Assembly (NCBI RefSeq): GCF_018350175.1
Contig: NC_058368.1
Coordinates: 185,010,001-185,074,000 of the forward strand
DNA: 64,000 nucleotides
From: Felis catus
Lineage: Eukaryota
Direction of reading: 5' to 3'
Shown here piece by piece: positions 38,126 to 51,524 of the stretch (position 1 is its first letter; every line of letters starts with the position of its first letter). The notes beneath the pieces are model-generated. The model did no database searches. It worked only from the letters and a program-made list of their open reading frames with translations, and was not told the DNA's origin. A program made the translations under genes and the position numbers.

Positions 38126-38589
38126 AAAGTAGTGAGTTTTTATGTATATGTGATGATCCTTTTTATACAAATTTAATTAATGCCACCCTTTTCCCCCGCC
38201 CCCCCACCAAAACAAAAACAAAAACAAAAACAAAAACAAATGAAAACAAGCAATACATTTCAGTATGCAGTCAAATCCAGTCTTACCTATGATGTCTCCT
38301 TCTTCTGAGCTCAGATGGCCTGCAGTATCTGGGCCACTTTGGGTACACTGCTTTTTACCATGAGATATTTTTACTTGTGTGTGGCTTGTGTCCCTAACTA
38401 TATTTTGAACAGTTTCAAAGAAATGACTGTGAGTACATTTGCTTGTGTCCCTGTGTTCTTCTCTTCCTTCTTTCTTGATTTATTCATTTAGTTCTCAGAA
38501 ATTTATTAAGTAAAAGTCTGCTCTAAGTCAGGTTCTGTGATAAGTTCCAGGGGGCAAAAAATCCAATGAAACTAAGGTATGAGCTATGT

Positions 38590-39021
38590 CAGGGGTTGAG
38601 CAAACTGCAATTCTCCGGCCAAATCCAGCTAGCTGCCTATTGCAAATGAGTTTTTTTTTCTGTAAGTTTGTTTGTTTATTTGTTTACTTAGAGAGCGCAA
38701 GGCAGGGAGAGGCAGAGAGGGGAGAGAGAATCCCAAGCAGCCTCTGTGCTAATAGCATGACATGGAACTTGATCCCATGAACTGTGAAATCATGACCTGA
38801 GCTGAAATCAAGAGTTGGATGCTTAACTGACTGAGCCACCCAGGTGCCCAATAAATAAAGTTTCATTGGAACACAACCATGCTCACTCATTTAGGTATTG
38901 TCTATAGCTGCTTTTGTGCTATAGTGGCAGACTTGAATAGTTGCTGCAGAGATTGTATGGCCTTGAAAATTCTAAAATATTTAATATATGGCCCTTTGCA
39001 CAAAGTTTGTGCTGACTTCTG
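38590..39021. mobile_element. MER58A-like MITE, interrupted by a SINE
   Basis: caggggttgagcaaact...ggccaaatcc; ttggaacacaaccatgctc; aaaatatttaatatatggccctt. Confidence 0.85.
38651..38849 (-). mobile_element. Can-SINE (older)
   Basis: SINEC body. Confidence 0.9.
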
Positions 39022-39433
39022 GATTGTACGATTGTTAAATTCTTGCCCATTCATGGCACTCTTTTGATGAGTGCTCTGAGGAAAAAGTGCAGAATCCTGT
39101 CAGAGGGCATAAAAGGAAATTTAGTTTGGATTAGGGTAATCAGTATCTCAGGATGTGGTATTCAACTTGAGACCTGGAAGATTTGTATGTGTTAAGGCAG
39201 GCCAAATATGGGGGAAGGGCATTCTGAACAAAGACTTTCTGAGTTTTGTGAAGTTTTGTTTTCCAGAAGAAAATTTGGTGGCCCAATAGAAGGGAGAAAA
39301 ACATGTAAACACTACCAATATTTGTTGTTATATAGGAAATATAGTGAGATGATTTTTGTCCTGAACAGTGTTTTTCTGACTATTTTGCAGCTAACTAAGC
39401 ATTTGAAATTAGATGTCATTTGACCTCTTAGAG

Positions 39434-39738
39434 CAGGAATCAGCAAATATTTTCTTAATGGGAAAATAGTAAATATTTTAAGCTTTGCCAGATGTATGGT
39501 CTTTGTCACAACCTCTCATTCCTATTATTACAGTGTGGAAGCAGCTATAAACAATATGTAAGTGAATGGCATTGGTTATGTTTCAATAAAACTTTATTTA
39601 TACGTTTGAATAACACCAGTTTCACATGTCATGAAATACTACTTGTCTTTTCATTTTTTCAATGAATTAAAAATGTAAAAACCAGTTTTAGCTCATGGGC
39701 CATACAAAAGTAGGTGGTGGGTCATAATGTGATACCCT
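39434..39738. mobile_element. MER58B-like MITE
   Basis: caggaatcagcaaa...atagtaaatattttaagctttg...caataaaactttattta. Confidence 0.8.
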
Positions 39739-40169
39739 ATTTTGATCTTACATTCCTTGCTCATAAAATGGAAGGCTTGTAACATTTTCTCTACCAATTA
39801 CCCGGGGTGGTTATGCTTGAGTGAGAGACATTTGTCGTTGGAGCTCTTTGCATAGGACAACATATTCAGATGTAATATATTGTCATTTTACATTCACAAA
39901 AATTATTGAATTATTCACAGTGGTAGGATGCACAATTTTCCTGGGAGTTGATGAGAAATTTATCTTTTTCATGAATAATTTCTGCTGAAGGAAGAGAAAA
40001 ATATGAATACATTTTACATATATAATAGGTACAAGTATGATTCTATTATTTCTAATATTCCTAGAACCTTGGTTGCTAAGTTATTTCCCAAGCAGAGAAG
40101 GGTGTTTGTTGATTATATCAATTCAGATAGCCTACTGTACTTCATTTTTACTCTTCCAGTTGAGCTTAT

Positions 40170-41035
40170 TTTTTTCTTTTTTCTTTTATTTAAATTTTAG
40201 TTAACTACAGTGAAATATTGGTTTCAGGAGTAGAATTCAGTGATTCATCACTTACATACAACACCCAGTGTTCATCACAAGTGCCCTCCTTAATACCCAT
40301 CACCCATCTAGACCATCTCCCACCCACCTCACTCCACCAACCCTCATTTTGTTTTCTATCACTAAGAGTCTCTTGTGGTTTGTTTCCCTCTCTCCTTTCC
40401 CCCCTTGCCATATCTTTTTTCTTAAATTCCACATATGAGTGAAATCATATGGTATTTGTCTTTCTCTGACTGACTTATTTCACTTTGCGTAATACATTCC
40501 TACCTCCATCCACATTATTGCAAATGGCAAGATTTCATTCTTTTTGATGGCTGAGCAATATTCATATATATCCAATCATCAGTTGATGGAAATTTGTGCT
40601 CTCTCCATAGTTTGGCTATTGTTGATAATGCCACTATAAATATTGGGGAATCTGTATTTTTTATTCTTTAGGTAAATACCTAATAGTGCAATTGCTGGGT
40701 TGTAGGGTAATTCTATTTTTATTTTTTTGAGGAACCTCCACTCTGTTCTCCAGAGTGGCTGCACCAGTTTGCTTTCCAACCAATAATGTAAGAGGATTTC
40801 CTTTTCTTCACATCCTCACCAACACCTGTTATTTCTTGTGTTGTTAATTTTAGTCATTATGACAGGTGTGAGGTGGTATCTTATCATGAAGATGAGTGAT
40901 GTTGAACATCTTTCATGTGTTTGTTAGCCATCTGGATGCTTTCTTTGGAAAAGTGTGTTTTCATGTCTTCTGCCCATTTCTTAACTGGGTGATTTGCTTT
41001 TTGGGTGTTGAGTTTGACAAGTTCTTTATAGATCA
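40170..41035 (-). mobile_element. 5'-truncated carnivore L1 (degraded ORF2 end plus 3'UTR)
   Basis: [19 protein letters not shown] fragment; 17-bp TSD cttcca(g/a)ttga(g/a)cttat at 40153-40169 and 41036-41052. Confidence 0.92.
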
Positions 41036-41459
41036 CTTCCAATTGAACTTATAATTTTCTGTTTTATGTGGTTGGTTTATTGGACAGACTGGAGTTGAGA
41101 AGGTATAATCAGTAATCAGTGCTGTTATTTTCCAAGCAAAGCCTTCAACTAGACTCTGGGTCACCTTCTCCAACTCAGAAGATACCTTTAATAAATATCA
41201 CATACTTTCAGGTATTCGAACAGTCTCATTATCAGGAATTGTGAATTCTAGTACACCCTAAATCAAAACTTTAATCTCTTGTCCAATTCAAATTTTCTCT
41301 CTATCTATTCTCTTCTCTCCAGTCCTGACCCTTGATTCCCCAGTCTGCCACTGGGAAAGTTCTATGTGGTTCATTATTTGTTTCCCTTTGCTTTACCTCA
41401 TCCTTCCATTCACTCTGCTGCCTCTGTCTCTTCTTGGGTTGAGCATAGACTGTGTATAA

Positions 41460-41460
<1 letters not shown>

Positions 41461-41504
<44 letters not shown>
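41461..41504. repeat. (TG)n microsatellite
   Basis: Direct reading. Confidence 0.95.
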
Positions 41505-41507
<3 letters not shown>

Positions 41508-42289
41508 AATGTACAGGGAAAGGGAAAAATATTACTACTTGTCTGATGATGGTCAATTTAATTACTGGTGCTTTCTTTCATGACAAGGGTAAACTTCTGG
41601 CTCTTTCTATTGTGGGGCACTTGTAAGGACCTTTTGGATGTCCTATGAAGAACAAGCACTGCTAAGTCTATTGACATCCTCTTTGCTCCTGCCCATTGGC
41701 AGTGCATTCCTGGTGTTCTATTTGTCTTGAATCAGGAATCCTTTCAAGATGGTTCAGCTAACTTCCTGTGTGAGCTCTTGCCTCCCTTTCCCCCCAAACA
41801 TTCTGGATCTGTATTCTCCAGTCTCCTTAAAGGATTCTTTTGCTGACCTTCATGTGGTTTGAAGAAAGAGGGGATAAATGTCACAGCACTCTATTCCCAC
41901 AAATATCCCTCATGTACTCTCTCTTCCATACTGAATCTCTGGGCTTCTTTTATCCTAGTTGGGGGTTTCTGGTGAACCAGGTGTTATTAGTAGACTGGTT
42001 ATCTTTTAGCAAGCTCTTCAGAGATGTGTCTAGTACAACTCTGCAATGTGTGGGCATTCATTATCCATGATTGTTGTTAGGTTCCCAGGAGTCAAGAAAA
42101 CATGTCCCAATCAAGTTACTGTTTCATTTGTTTTCCCTAGCATATTTCTCCATATTTATTCATAAGCTACCTGAGGGCAAGACCTCTTTGAATTTTCCTC
42201 AGTTTTAATACTTGCTCAATGAATATGTGAGTAAATAGACATTCAAACCCTCCTAATTACTAAGTAAATGGCATTGAAGTAAGTGGGCT

Positions 42290-43065
42290 CTTTCATTCAT
42301 TCAATATTGAATGCCTATTACTAAGTTTTATAGTAAGTGCTGGAAATATAGCAGACCAAAAAGACCTAACCCATGACTTCAAGGCTTTCTTTTAGTGTAG
42401 GAGATATATATTAATCAAGAATATATTGGGGCGCCTGGGTGGCTCAGTCGGTTAAATGTGCAACTTCAGCTCAGGTCATGATCTCACAGTCTGTGGGTTC
42501 GAGCCCTGTGTCAGGCTCTGTGCTGACAGCTCAGAGCCTGGAGCCTGCTTTGGATTCTGTGTCTCCCTCTCTTTCTCTCTGCCCTCTCCCGCTCATGCCT
42601 GTCTCTCTCTCAAAAATAAATAAACATTAAAAAAAGAATATACAACTAATTTCAAATATTGATGCACACTCTGAAATGGAAGTGCAGAGTTCTGTCAGAG
42701 GGCATAAATGGCAACTTAATTTAGGTTGAGGTGATGTGTATCTGGGGAATGTGGTATTTAATTTGAGGCCTGGAAGATTTGTGAGAGTTCAGGTAGGCCA
42801 GGAATGGAGGAAGGGCATTCCAAGCAAAAGAAATAGCATGTACTTTGCTATGCAGGGAAAAAGTGATGTTTTATAGGAAGCCTTGAATGAAGTAGGAAAA
42901 GGTGAGTGTAACAGATTGTGAACTGGGGACAGGGGAAGAATGGGGTGAAATGAGGTAAGGATAGAGTAGTCCAGGGTTTGACCAGACTAAGCACGATTGG
43001 CCACGCAAAAGGATTTGGATTTTATCTTACGAGCAGTGGGTATCTTTTGGAGGGTTGTAAGCACA
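42290..43065. mobile_element. L2 relic, interrupted by a SINE
   Basis: ttcattcattcaatattgaatgccta; gggcattccaagcaaaagaaatagcatg. Confidence 0.7.
42428..42633 (+). mobile_element. Can-SINE
   Basis: Full SINEC; TSD aagaatata. Confidence 0.96.
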
Positions 43066-44466
43066 GGAGTTCTGTGTGCCCACTGGCATGCCCAGTGGTT
43101 CAGAGTTAATAGCTTTTTGGCACAAAGAACATGGATAATAAATACTGGAAAGGTCCCTTATCAACAAAGGTCAGTGCCTAAATTTTAGACTGAATGTCCT
43201 GCAAATCCTACTGCATTCAATAAATACGTTCTTTCACAAAAATACCATGTTCCCTGATAATTTGAGACTGGATTTGATCATATAGATGGAATGGTGTTCA
43301 AAGGACAGTCCATTACTTTGCAGAAACATTTTGGTGCAATCCTGCAAATTTCAGATGACCTAATGGCGAGAATTCTGTTCTTTCAGTGAGAAACCATAGC
43401 AACATGCCATTTAGAAGGCACACTATATAATCTATCTGTTCTTCAGTTAGTATTTTGCAGTCCAGAAATAGTCATCATTGCCTAATGTGAGTATGCAAAA
43501 GGTCAGACAAATATAAGCCCCAATGGCAGTGCAGTTCTCCCTCTAACCATGGGGTGGGGGTGGGGAATGGCACTTTCTGTTGGAGATACATGATCAGGTG
43601 CATTGGGCCAGGAAGGAGGAAGGAATTGGGGCTAGTAGCTCTATGTTTCAGTACAAGTTGTAAGCCATTCCTCAGTCTCTAAGTACTAAGGATAAGGCTA
43701 TGGTCCATAGAATTCCTCCTTTTCCAAAACCACATACTCAGTACCGCTTGGTGCAATTCTTATTAAGCTGCAAGATTTATGGCTCAGAGATTTTTATGTC
43801 CCAGCACCTTTTGCAGCTCTACACATACTCTCTATCTTGTCTTAGGTGCAAAATAATAATCAAATAATAAATACATGGAGGATTGTTTGTCTTAATTTAG
43901 GAATATGGAGAGCCATGGCTGCCAGTGTGGTATCCATCAATGAATAAAGGCTAAAAGGGCTTTTGCTAAAAAGCAGTCAGGAAAAAAGGTTTTTAGGGAA
44001 GGGGTTTCAAGATAGTTGGTCACAGTGTAAGTTCATTTAGTGTTTGGTGGATAAAAAGTGGAGAGGCACAGAAAGAAAAGAGAACAGGGAAGGGTAAAAG
44101 GTCTCCTGGAGCCTTCCACTCTGCTGGTAAGATTTATGGATAAATTTTGTTTTGATGAGTAGTCACATCTTCAGGTTCCATTTTCTTCTCTTCCTTTCCT
44201 CCTACCTAGAGTATTTTTCTTTTTTGCTTTTTCCTTGTAATTTCATTGGGTCTTACCTTTTTGATTTCTCTTGCTTTGTGCTTGCAACATTTCGTGACGT
44301 GGTTCTCCAAGCAGCTTATCTCTAAGGGCTCCAGTGACCTGTGTCCTATATCCATCACCTTCTTCCTAATCAAAGCATTACAAAGCCTGGTTGCTAAGAA
44401 TATTTACTTTCCACCCTTGTTGACTCACACCCTCAGTTTGTCAAGGGCTCACTAAGAAGACCTTTA

Positions 44467-44700
44467 TTTTTTATTTTTAAATTTTTTTTTCTTTTTACAT
44501 TTATTTATTTTTGATAGACAGAGAGAGACAGAACACAAGTGGGGGAGGGGCAGAGAGAGAAGGAGACACAGATTCCGAAGCAGGCTCCAGGCTCCTAGCT
44601 GTCGGCACAGAGCCCGACATGGGGCTCCAACTCACAAACCGCGAGATCATGACCGGAGCCGAAGTCGGACGCTTAACCGACTGAGCCACCCAGGTGCCCC
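44467..44700 (-). mobile_element. Can-SINE
   Basis: Full SINEC; perfect TSD TAAGAAGACCTTTA (44453-44466, 44701-44714). Confidence 0.96.
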
Positions 44701-44889
44701 TAAGAAGACCTTTAAAGAAGATCACACAATTACATGGGCATGGTACCATGGCAGAAGCCTAGGGGAACAAGGTAACAAAACCCTAATGTTAAAATGGGAT
44801 GTGGTAGGTGGTCTCTACCTGCAAGTATAGAGAGGGAGAAGGAGAAACCAGAGCTCCTGAAATGATGTCCAGAGGTATTTAGTTTGCTT

Positions 44890-45080
44890 CTTACTCATCT
44901 ATTCATTCTTTCATTTATTCAACAAATATTCTTCAAGCACCTATGTGCTGGATGTTGTGCTAATTAAGGGGGATACAACATAGAACTGAATAGACATAGT
45001 CTCTACTCAAAGATAGTCCATGGTCTGCTATGAAAAGCAGGCAGATAGGCAATTACAATACAGTGTGATAAGAACAACGT
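44890..45080. mobile_element. L2 3' relic
   Basis: catttattcaacaaatatt...gcacctatgtgc. Confidence 0.65.
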
Positions 45081-46454
45081 GCCTTGGTCATGGGGATTCA
45101 ATGTGAGTGAGAGATAAACTTTTGGATTAAGGCACTGAGGTTTTATGATTATTTGTCACTGTGGCATAACCTGTTTTATCATAGCTAATAGATTGGATGA
45201 AGAGGGATTATACCTGCCTAAGTCTTCCCTCAAGATTTTTTAAAAATCCTATTTCAGGAAGAAAGATCTATCAGAGGCTAAAACTTATTCTACAAATTGA
45301 TCTCTAGTTACAAAATTGTAGAAATCAAACTTTCTTTCCCTCTTACCAAAAAAGAAAGCTCAGATGGATATTCATGCTGCTTACCTTATGTTTAATGGAA
45401 TGCTCCTATGATTTAGCTAAACTCAGCACCTGAGGAAATTTCCCACCATCCATTCTCAGAAACCAAGAAACAGGTTCTGTTTCTTCCCAGCTTCAGTGAT
45501 CCTGCCTGATGCAGACAGCTGAGTAATTTTTTTCCCTACTTACTGCACCAAAGCTATTTTCATTTTAACATTAATGAGTTACTCATCCAGGGTAACTATT
45601 TCCAGCAAGGAAATTACCTACAGCTGCCTATCAACAGGGCTGGGGCAAGGAGATTACAAAAGAGAGATTTTATTTGAAATGAAATTGAGCTAATTTCTTA
45701 AACCATGCAAGACTCTCTCTTTCAGCCATCCGCCAGAAGGGGGCAATATAAGAACATGGTTTGTTGATCCTTTACTGCACCAGCTCCTTAAAGAATCTGC
45801 ATTTCAGAATGTTTTTTATTAGGAATCACACCAAGTGTTTTGTGAAATTATTTTTACATATATTTGCAGGGCTGAGAAATTCCAGAGCATTAAAAAAAAC
45901 CCTCAAATATGTGTAAGAGATTTTTAATGGGCCTAGTTTAAACTTCAGGAGACCAAAGTGGAATTTTTCTAGATGAAAGATGGGTAAAAGTTGACCTAGA
46001 GGAAGACCAGGCAAATGAGTTTGAGTTCGTAGTGGTCTTGTTCAGCTTCTACTCTTGGTGGAGTGGTTATTGCAGGCTTGAAAATGTCTATTTGTAGAAT
46101 TTGGCTTTCTCATATCCTCCCTCTGACTGGAGGCAGCTAACACTCAGCAATCCTTTAAAATAGACTCCCAAATTAGCAGTATTATAGCATATTCAAGAGC
46201 ACCAACAACTAGTTATTTTGGAAGTAGGAATGCTGAATCTGACAGGTGAGGTAGAAAGAACAGTGGATTCTGAGTCAGCCAATGAAAGATTAAGCAGATT
46301 GTCTTTTCTCTCCAGACTTCAGTTATCTTACCTCTTAAATGAGGAGCCTTGATAAAATAATCTCTGCAGCCTGTTCTATTTGTGTGTCTGTGATACTCCA
46401 ATCAAACATGATTATTCTACTACTATTTTTACCGGTACAACTATTACTAGAAAT

Positions 46455-46700
46455 GGCATTTATTACATTATTAACATGTGTGAGGCATTGTGCTGAGTGC
46501 TTCACATTTATTGTCTTCTCTAATCTTGCAGAAAAACTATGAAGTAGATATTATCAACCATATTTTATAGGTGAGGAAATGGGGAAGTGAAGGGAAGAAG
46601 AAGGGAGAAGGGAGACGTGAAGGGAATTGTCTAAGGTCACAAAGCTAGCATGAAGACATGCCCAAATTTTTGTGACTCCTAAGTCCCTGCTCTTAAGCAC
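46455..46700 (-). mobile_element. MIR
   Basis: attttataggtgaggaaatgggg...aaggtcacaaagcta. Confidence 0.7.
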
Positions 46701-46704
<4 letters not shown>

Positions 46705-46749
<45 letters not shown>

Positions 46750-46845
46750 TATGTATATATATATATACACACCATATATATATACATATATATGTACACA
46801 CACACACATATATATATACACATACATATATATATATATATATAT
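46705..46845. repeat. (TA)n/(CA)n compound microsatellite
   Basis: Direct reading. Confidence 0.95.
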
Positions 46846-47933
46846 TTTTTTTCTTTTTTTCCTTCCAACACTTGCTTCCTGACATTAGTCTTTAACCTTC
46901 ATAGGCTTGGCAGCAGGCTGCAGTGACTGCTCCCTCTTTTTGGCCTCTGGCCTTTGCCTCTCTGCTCATTCAATTTGCCATGTCTCACAATGCCCTCTTC
47001 GTGGCTCTTTAAATATTACTCATCCTTCAAGTTCTAGTTTATGCCTCTTCTCTTGCCTAACTACTCTAGTCCATACTAATCGGTTTTACTCCTGGGATAT
47101 TATTGCATTTATAATTCATTCTGTATAATTTAGACTCAACTTCATATTGTCTCTTATTTTGCTTTGTGGTTTAAATAAGTTAGTCTTGTCAACATTAACT
47201 ACAGTGCAAGGCTCCTGAGGACGGAGAAGACATCTTAGTCTTTTTAATCTCCTGCTATGAAGAGTGCAGGGTTGCATAACAAGTTGGGGATCAATAATTT
47301 CTCCTTGTTTGCTAGAGATAGACCTCAGGCAAAAAGGATCCCTTTTGATTCTAAAAATTATGGCAGTCTCTGAGAAAAAAATTTTCTAGTCTTGTTTAAA
47401 AAGACTCACAAAACCATAAGAAATTCCAAATCTTGGCCAATATAGTCAATCATTTCACAAGTTTAATGATCACAATTATCATTATTATTATTATTAATAT
47501 TATATAAATAGTTAACATTTATATGTTATGTACTGCATTCCATGCATTGGGCTTATGTTTTACATGGACTACATTTCGTACTCACAATAGCACTATGAAG
47601 AGGGTGTATATCCTTGCTTCACAGAGAAAGTAGCAGGTTTAGAGACATTGGGTAATTCATACAAGGCCTTACCAAGCCGGCAAGTGGTAAAACTAGGGCT
47701 CCAACCTATTTTTATAAATTTCAGCTCTGGTTTTCCTGGATCTGGCCTAATTGCACCATGTTGTAAATTAATTGGTTCCTACAAATGACATGCATGGCTC
47801 TTTTTCATCCATACCTGTTCTACTCTGCCTAGAAAGCTATCTAGGGTTTCATAACTGTTAGTATGATTATTTTTAAATTCTTATTTAAAAATTTTCTCCT
47901 CTAAGTGTCCAGTGGGAGTTCATTTTTCCTTAT

Positions 47934-48297
47934 TGTGGTATGTTGAATTGTGATTTCCCAAAGATGTCTACATTCTAGTTCCCAGAACCCATGAATGTTA
48001 CACTGTTGAGAGGAAAACTTTGGAGGTGTGATTGAGTTAATGATCTTAAGGTGGTGAGATTATCCTAAGGGCTCTCAAAGTATTCACAATGATCCTTGTA
48101 AAAGGGAAGCAAGGTCAAATGTGGAGGAAGGCTTATGATGGAGCAGATATTAGAGTGATGCTGACAGGTGCCAATGAAATGTTGCAACCTCTAGATTCCC
48201 AAAGAGGCCAGGAACAGATTCTCCCCTGGAGACACTGGGAGGAACCAGCCTTCCCAACACCTTTTTTTTTTTAATGTTTAATTTATTTTTGAGGCAG

Positions 48298-48348
<51 letters not shown>

Positions 48349-48630
48349 CAGAGACAAAGGGGTACAGAGGATCCAAAGCAGGCTTTGTGCTGATAGCAGA
48401 GAGCCCGAAGCAGAGCTTGAACTCACGAAGCATGAGATCATGACCTGAGCCCAAGTCGGATGCTTAACCGACTGAGCCACCCAGGTACCCCAGCCTTCCT
48501 AACACCTTAATGTTTGTCCCTAAAAACTCATTTTGACTTCTGACCTTCAAAGTTTAAGAGATAAATTTGTGTTGTTTTAGGTCACTCAGTTCATAATATT
48601 TTGTTATGGCAGCAATAGGAGACTTTATAC
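47934..48630 (+). mobile_element. MaLR LTR (MLT1D-like), interrupted by a SINE
   Basis: tgtggta...cccaaagatgtc start; ggaacagattctcccctgga; gcagcaatagga...taca end. Confidence 0.88.
48264..48491 (-). mobile_element. Can-SINE nested in MLT1D
   Basis: TSD agccttcc(c/t)aacacctt. Confidence 0.94.
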
Positions 48631-49960
48631 ACTAATCTAGAGTTCTAGGGATATACATACCCATTTCCAGAGGCTGAGAGACAAGACAGGGTCTAATTGC
48701 TCATACTAAACCTTTACTCTCCTCTCTGAATTGGAAGAGATGAATCCATCTCAAAGTTACGCATAAATAAGGGCCAGCTCTAAATGCTGTCCAGTATCTG
48801 GACAGTAATAATTGGATAGTACAGAGTAAAGGTGTAACCAACCCATACTCTACTCAGTTTTTCCTTCATTCTAAAAAAGAAGGGAAGACTGAAGGAACTT
48901 GACTTTATGATGTACCATGGGACTTACTCTTCTTTTAGGTGACTTAATTCAGGCTCTGCTTTTTGTTTTTTTGTTTTTTGTTTTTTTTTCTTACTAGAAT
49001 TCTTCCTGTTTGGATTTAAATGTCTGTTTTGAAGATATTATCGCTACCACACCACCACCACACCACTACTAATTGAAATTAATACTAAAAGATGCTGTCA
49101 TCTGATCCTTAAACTGTTTTGTTTTGTTTTGTTTTTTTTAATAAACAGTAGAATGTGAATGTTGCTGGCTCACTTTTGGGCATCAATATTGGTCATTCCT
49201 TTAAATCAGGTGGTAAATATTCACCTGGGAGACAGTTTTGCTTTTGGAGGAAAATGAATATGCTGAATTACTTGATTTTGACAATGACAAACAGAATCCA
49301 CAGCTGTTAAGAGTTTTGTTGCAGGGTTAGCAGGTTAAAACTTTGATGAAATCTTTTCTGAGAACATACCACTGAGATCATCCATGTAGCCTGTCCCATT
49401 CCATTTTGCCCCATAGTGTTTAGCTGCTAATCAGAATCCAAGAATTCTGAGCAATTGCAGGAAATCCTCTGGAAGCCATTTAACACAATTAGTAAGAACA
49501 AAGTTTTGAGTTCAGAAGCTCTTGCTTACTTGCTGTGTTACCTTGCTCAAGTCACTTAACTTCTCTGAGCCACTTATTGCATCTATGAAATGGGGATACT
49601 TACCATTTCTCATGTACATAAAAGTCTTATCAAGTTGCATAGAGGAGCTAGTCAAAACCTTTTATAAATAATAGAAACACAATTCAAACTCATTATTCAA
49701 AAGGAATATGTTTCGTGTAACTAAAAATTACAGACTAGACCTGGATTTGGAACTACTACATTCCATAATTCAAAGAATATGATTAGAAAAAGAGACTTAT
49801 TTCTGAGATATTTTTTTTTCTTTGCAGAGAGAGATTGCTTAGCAACCCTAGGGAAGGAAAGAAAACATCTTTCTCTAAGAGCACTGGCTGAGCACTCCTG
49901 AGGAGAGCTTACTTTTGTTTCTCTGCATATCCCCACACCCTGAGTATTGTAATATGAGGG

Positions 49961-50067
49961 ATATATATATACACACACACACACACACATATGTATATAT
50001 ATACACATATGTATATATGTATACATATCTATGTATCTATGTATGTATATACATATATATATCTATG

Positions 50068-50114
<47 letters not shown>

Positions 50115-50273
50115 CTAGCTGAGGAAAAAGAACTGGGAAAATAGGACCTAGTATTTATAAAGTATGATGGCAGGTGGTAGATCTTAGTCCTGCCTGTGTT
50201 CAAAAGGGTGGATATCAGTTTGAAAGGATGATACAGCAGTATACAATCAGTATACACACACACACACACACAC

Positions 50274-50324
<51 letters not shown>
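49961..50324. repeat. Compound (TA)/(CA)/(TG) microsatellite containing a 128-bp templated insert
   Basis: Direct reading; see findings. Confidence 0.9.
50112..50239 (+). repeat. Direct-repeat copy (acceptor) of 51525-51652
   Basis: 127/128 identical by manual alignment. Confidence 0.97.
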
Positions 50325-51165
50325 CTGATTGGCCAGGCCTGGGTCTCATGTTGGTTCAAATTTCTTTTGTTTGTAAGAGACAAAAAATTCAATTCAACCT
50401 GTTAGAAACAATGAAGGGCATCTATTGACTAACAATAGATTTTGCTACTAGGAAGAGAATGAAGGGATATATATAGCGTAGGCAAAACCAATAGGTTTCC
50501 ATGACACATATGTCAGTAAATATTATTTCATTAGGATATTATCATTCTACTCATGTAATGGAAATAGGGTCCTGAAAGATGAATGACTTCCTCAAGGTAG
50601 CAGAGGTGATAAGTGGCTAGACTGATACCAACATATTCAGAGATATATTATTTCTGAAAAGCAGATATAGGAAGTACTGAGAAAGTCTCAGTGTTCACTC
50701 TAGATGCTTCATCAAGTAGAAGGAGAAAATGCACAAATATAGAACTAAGAGGGCAGAGAAACAAAAGTAATAAGGATGGGAAAACAAGATTTCTAGGAAT
50801 TGCAATTATCTTTTAAAAGGGAGTTCCTCTGATAATCCACAGTTTTCCTGGTGTTTTACTTGAGGATCTATGATCTAGATCTTGAGAAAACACACCGTTA
50901 ACTCATCAGTTCTCCTGAGGCATTTTCTTTGCCTTAAGCTACTTCTAGCTCTCTTTGTGGCTAAGTAGCTTTTTTTTTTTCTCAATAATCCATTTCCGTT
51001 TGTTTTCTCTTTTCAACTGTGCCTGCTTTCTTTAATAAAAAATGTCTATATCAATTTTGGGGAAACTACTTAAGCCAGTTTTTCTTATAATAACTGATGG
51101 TTGAGGATCATCAACACTGTAAAGAAAATGATCACATTCCCTAAAGTCATCTAAAACGTCACACT

Positions 51166-51374
51166 GGAACACCTGGGTAGCTCAGTCAGTTAAGCATCCG
51201 ACTCTTGATTTAGGCTCAGGTCCTGATCTCATGGTTTGGGAAATTGAGCCCAACATTGGGCTCTGTGCAGGCAGCGTGGAGCCTGTTTGGGATTCTCTCT
51301 CTCCCTCTGTCTCTCTCTGCCCCTCCCTTGCTCACACTCCTCTCAAAATAAATAAATAAAGAAAAAAAAAACCC
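51166..51374 (+). mobile_element. Can-SINE (older)
   Basis: SINEC body; TSD-like aaaac..tcacactg. Confidence 0.9.
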
Positions 51375-51524
51375 AAAACATGTCACACTGAAGTAAGAAG
51401 TGATGGATTTATATCCAGAAGGGCATACTGAAACCTTTGTCAGTATAGTATGAGGAGTTTAATCAGTGGATGAATAGACTAGCCCATGTACAAACAGCAG
51501 CTGGACACAAGGCAGTTGCTAGAG

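Noticed and set aside
32727..50428. YI/CV/HT-rich ORFs
   Set aside because: These are translations of dinucleotide microsatellites.
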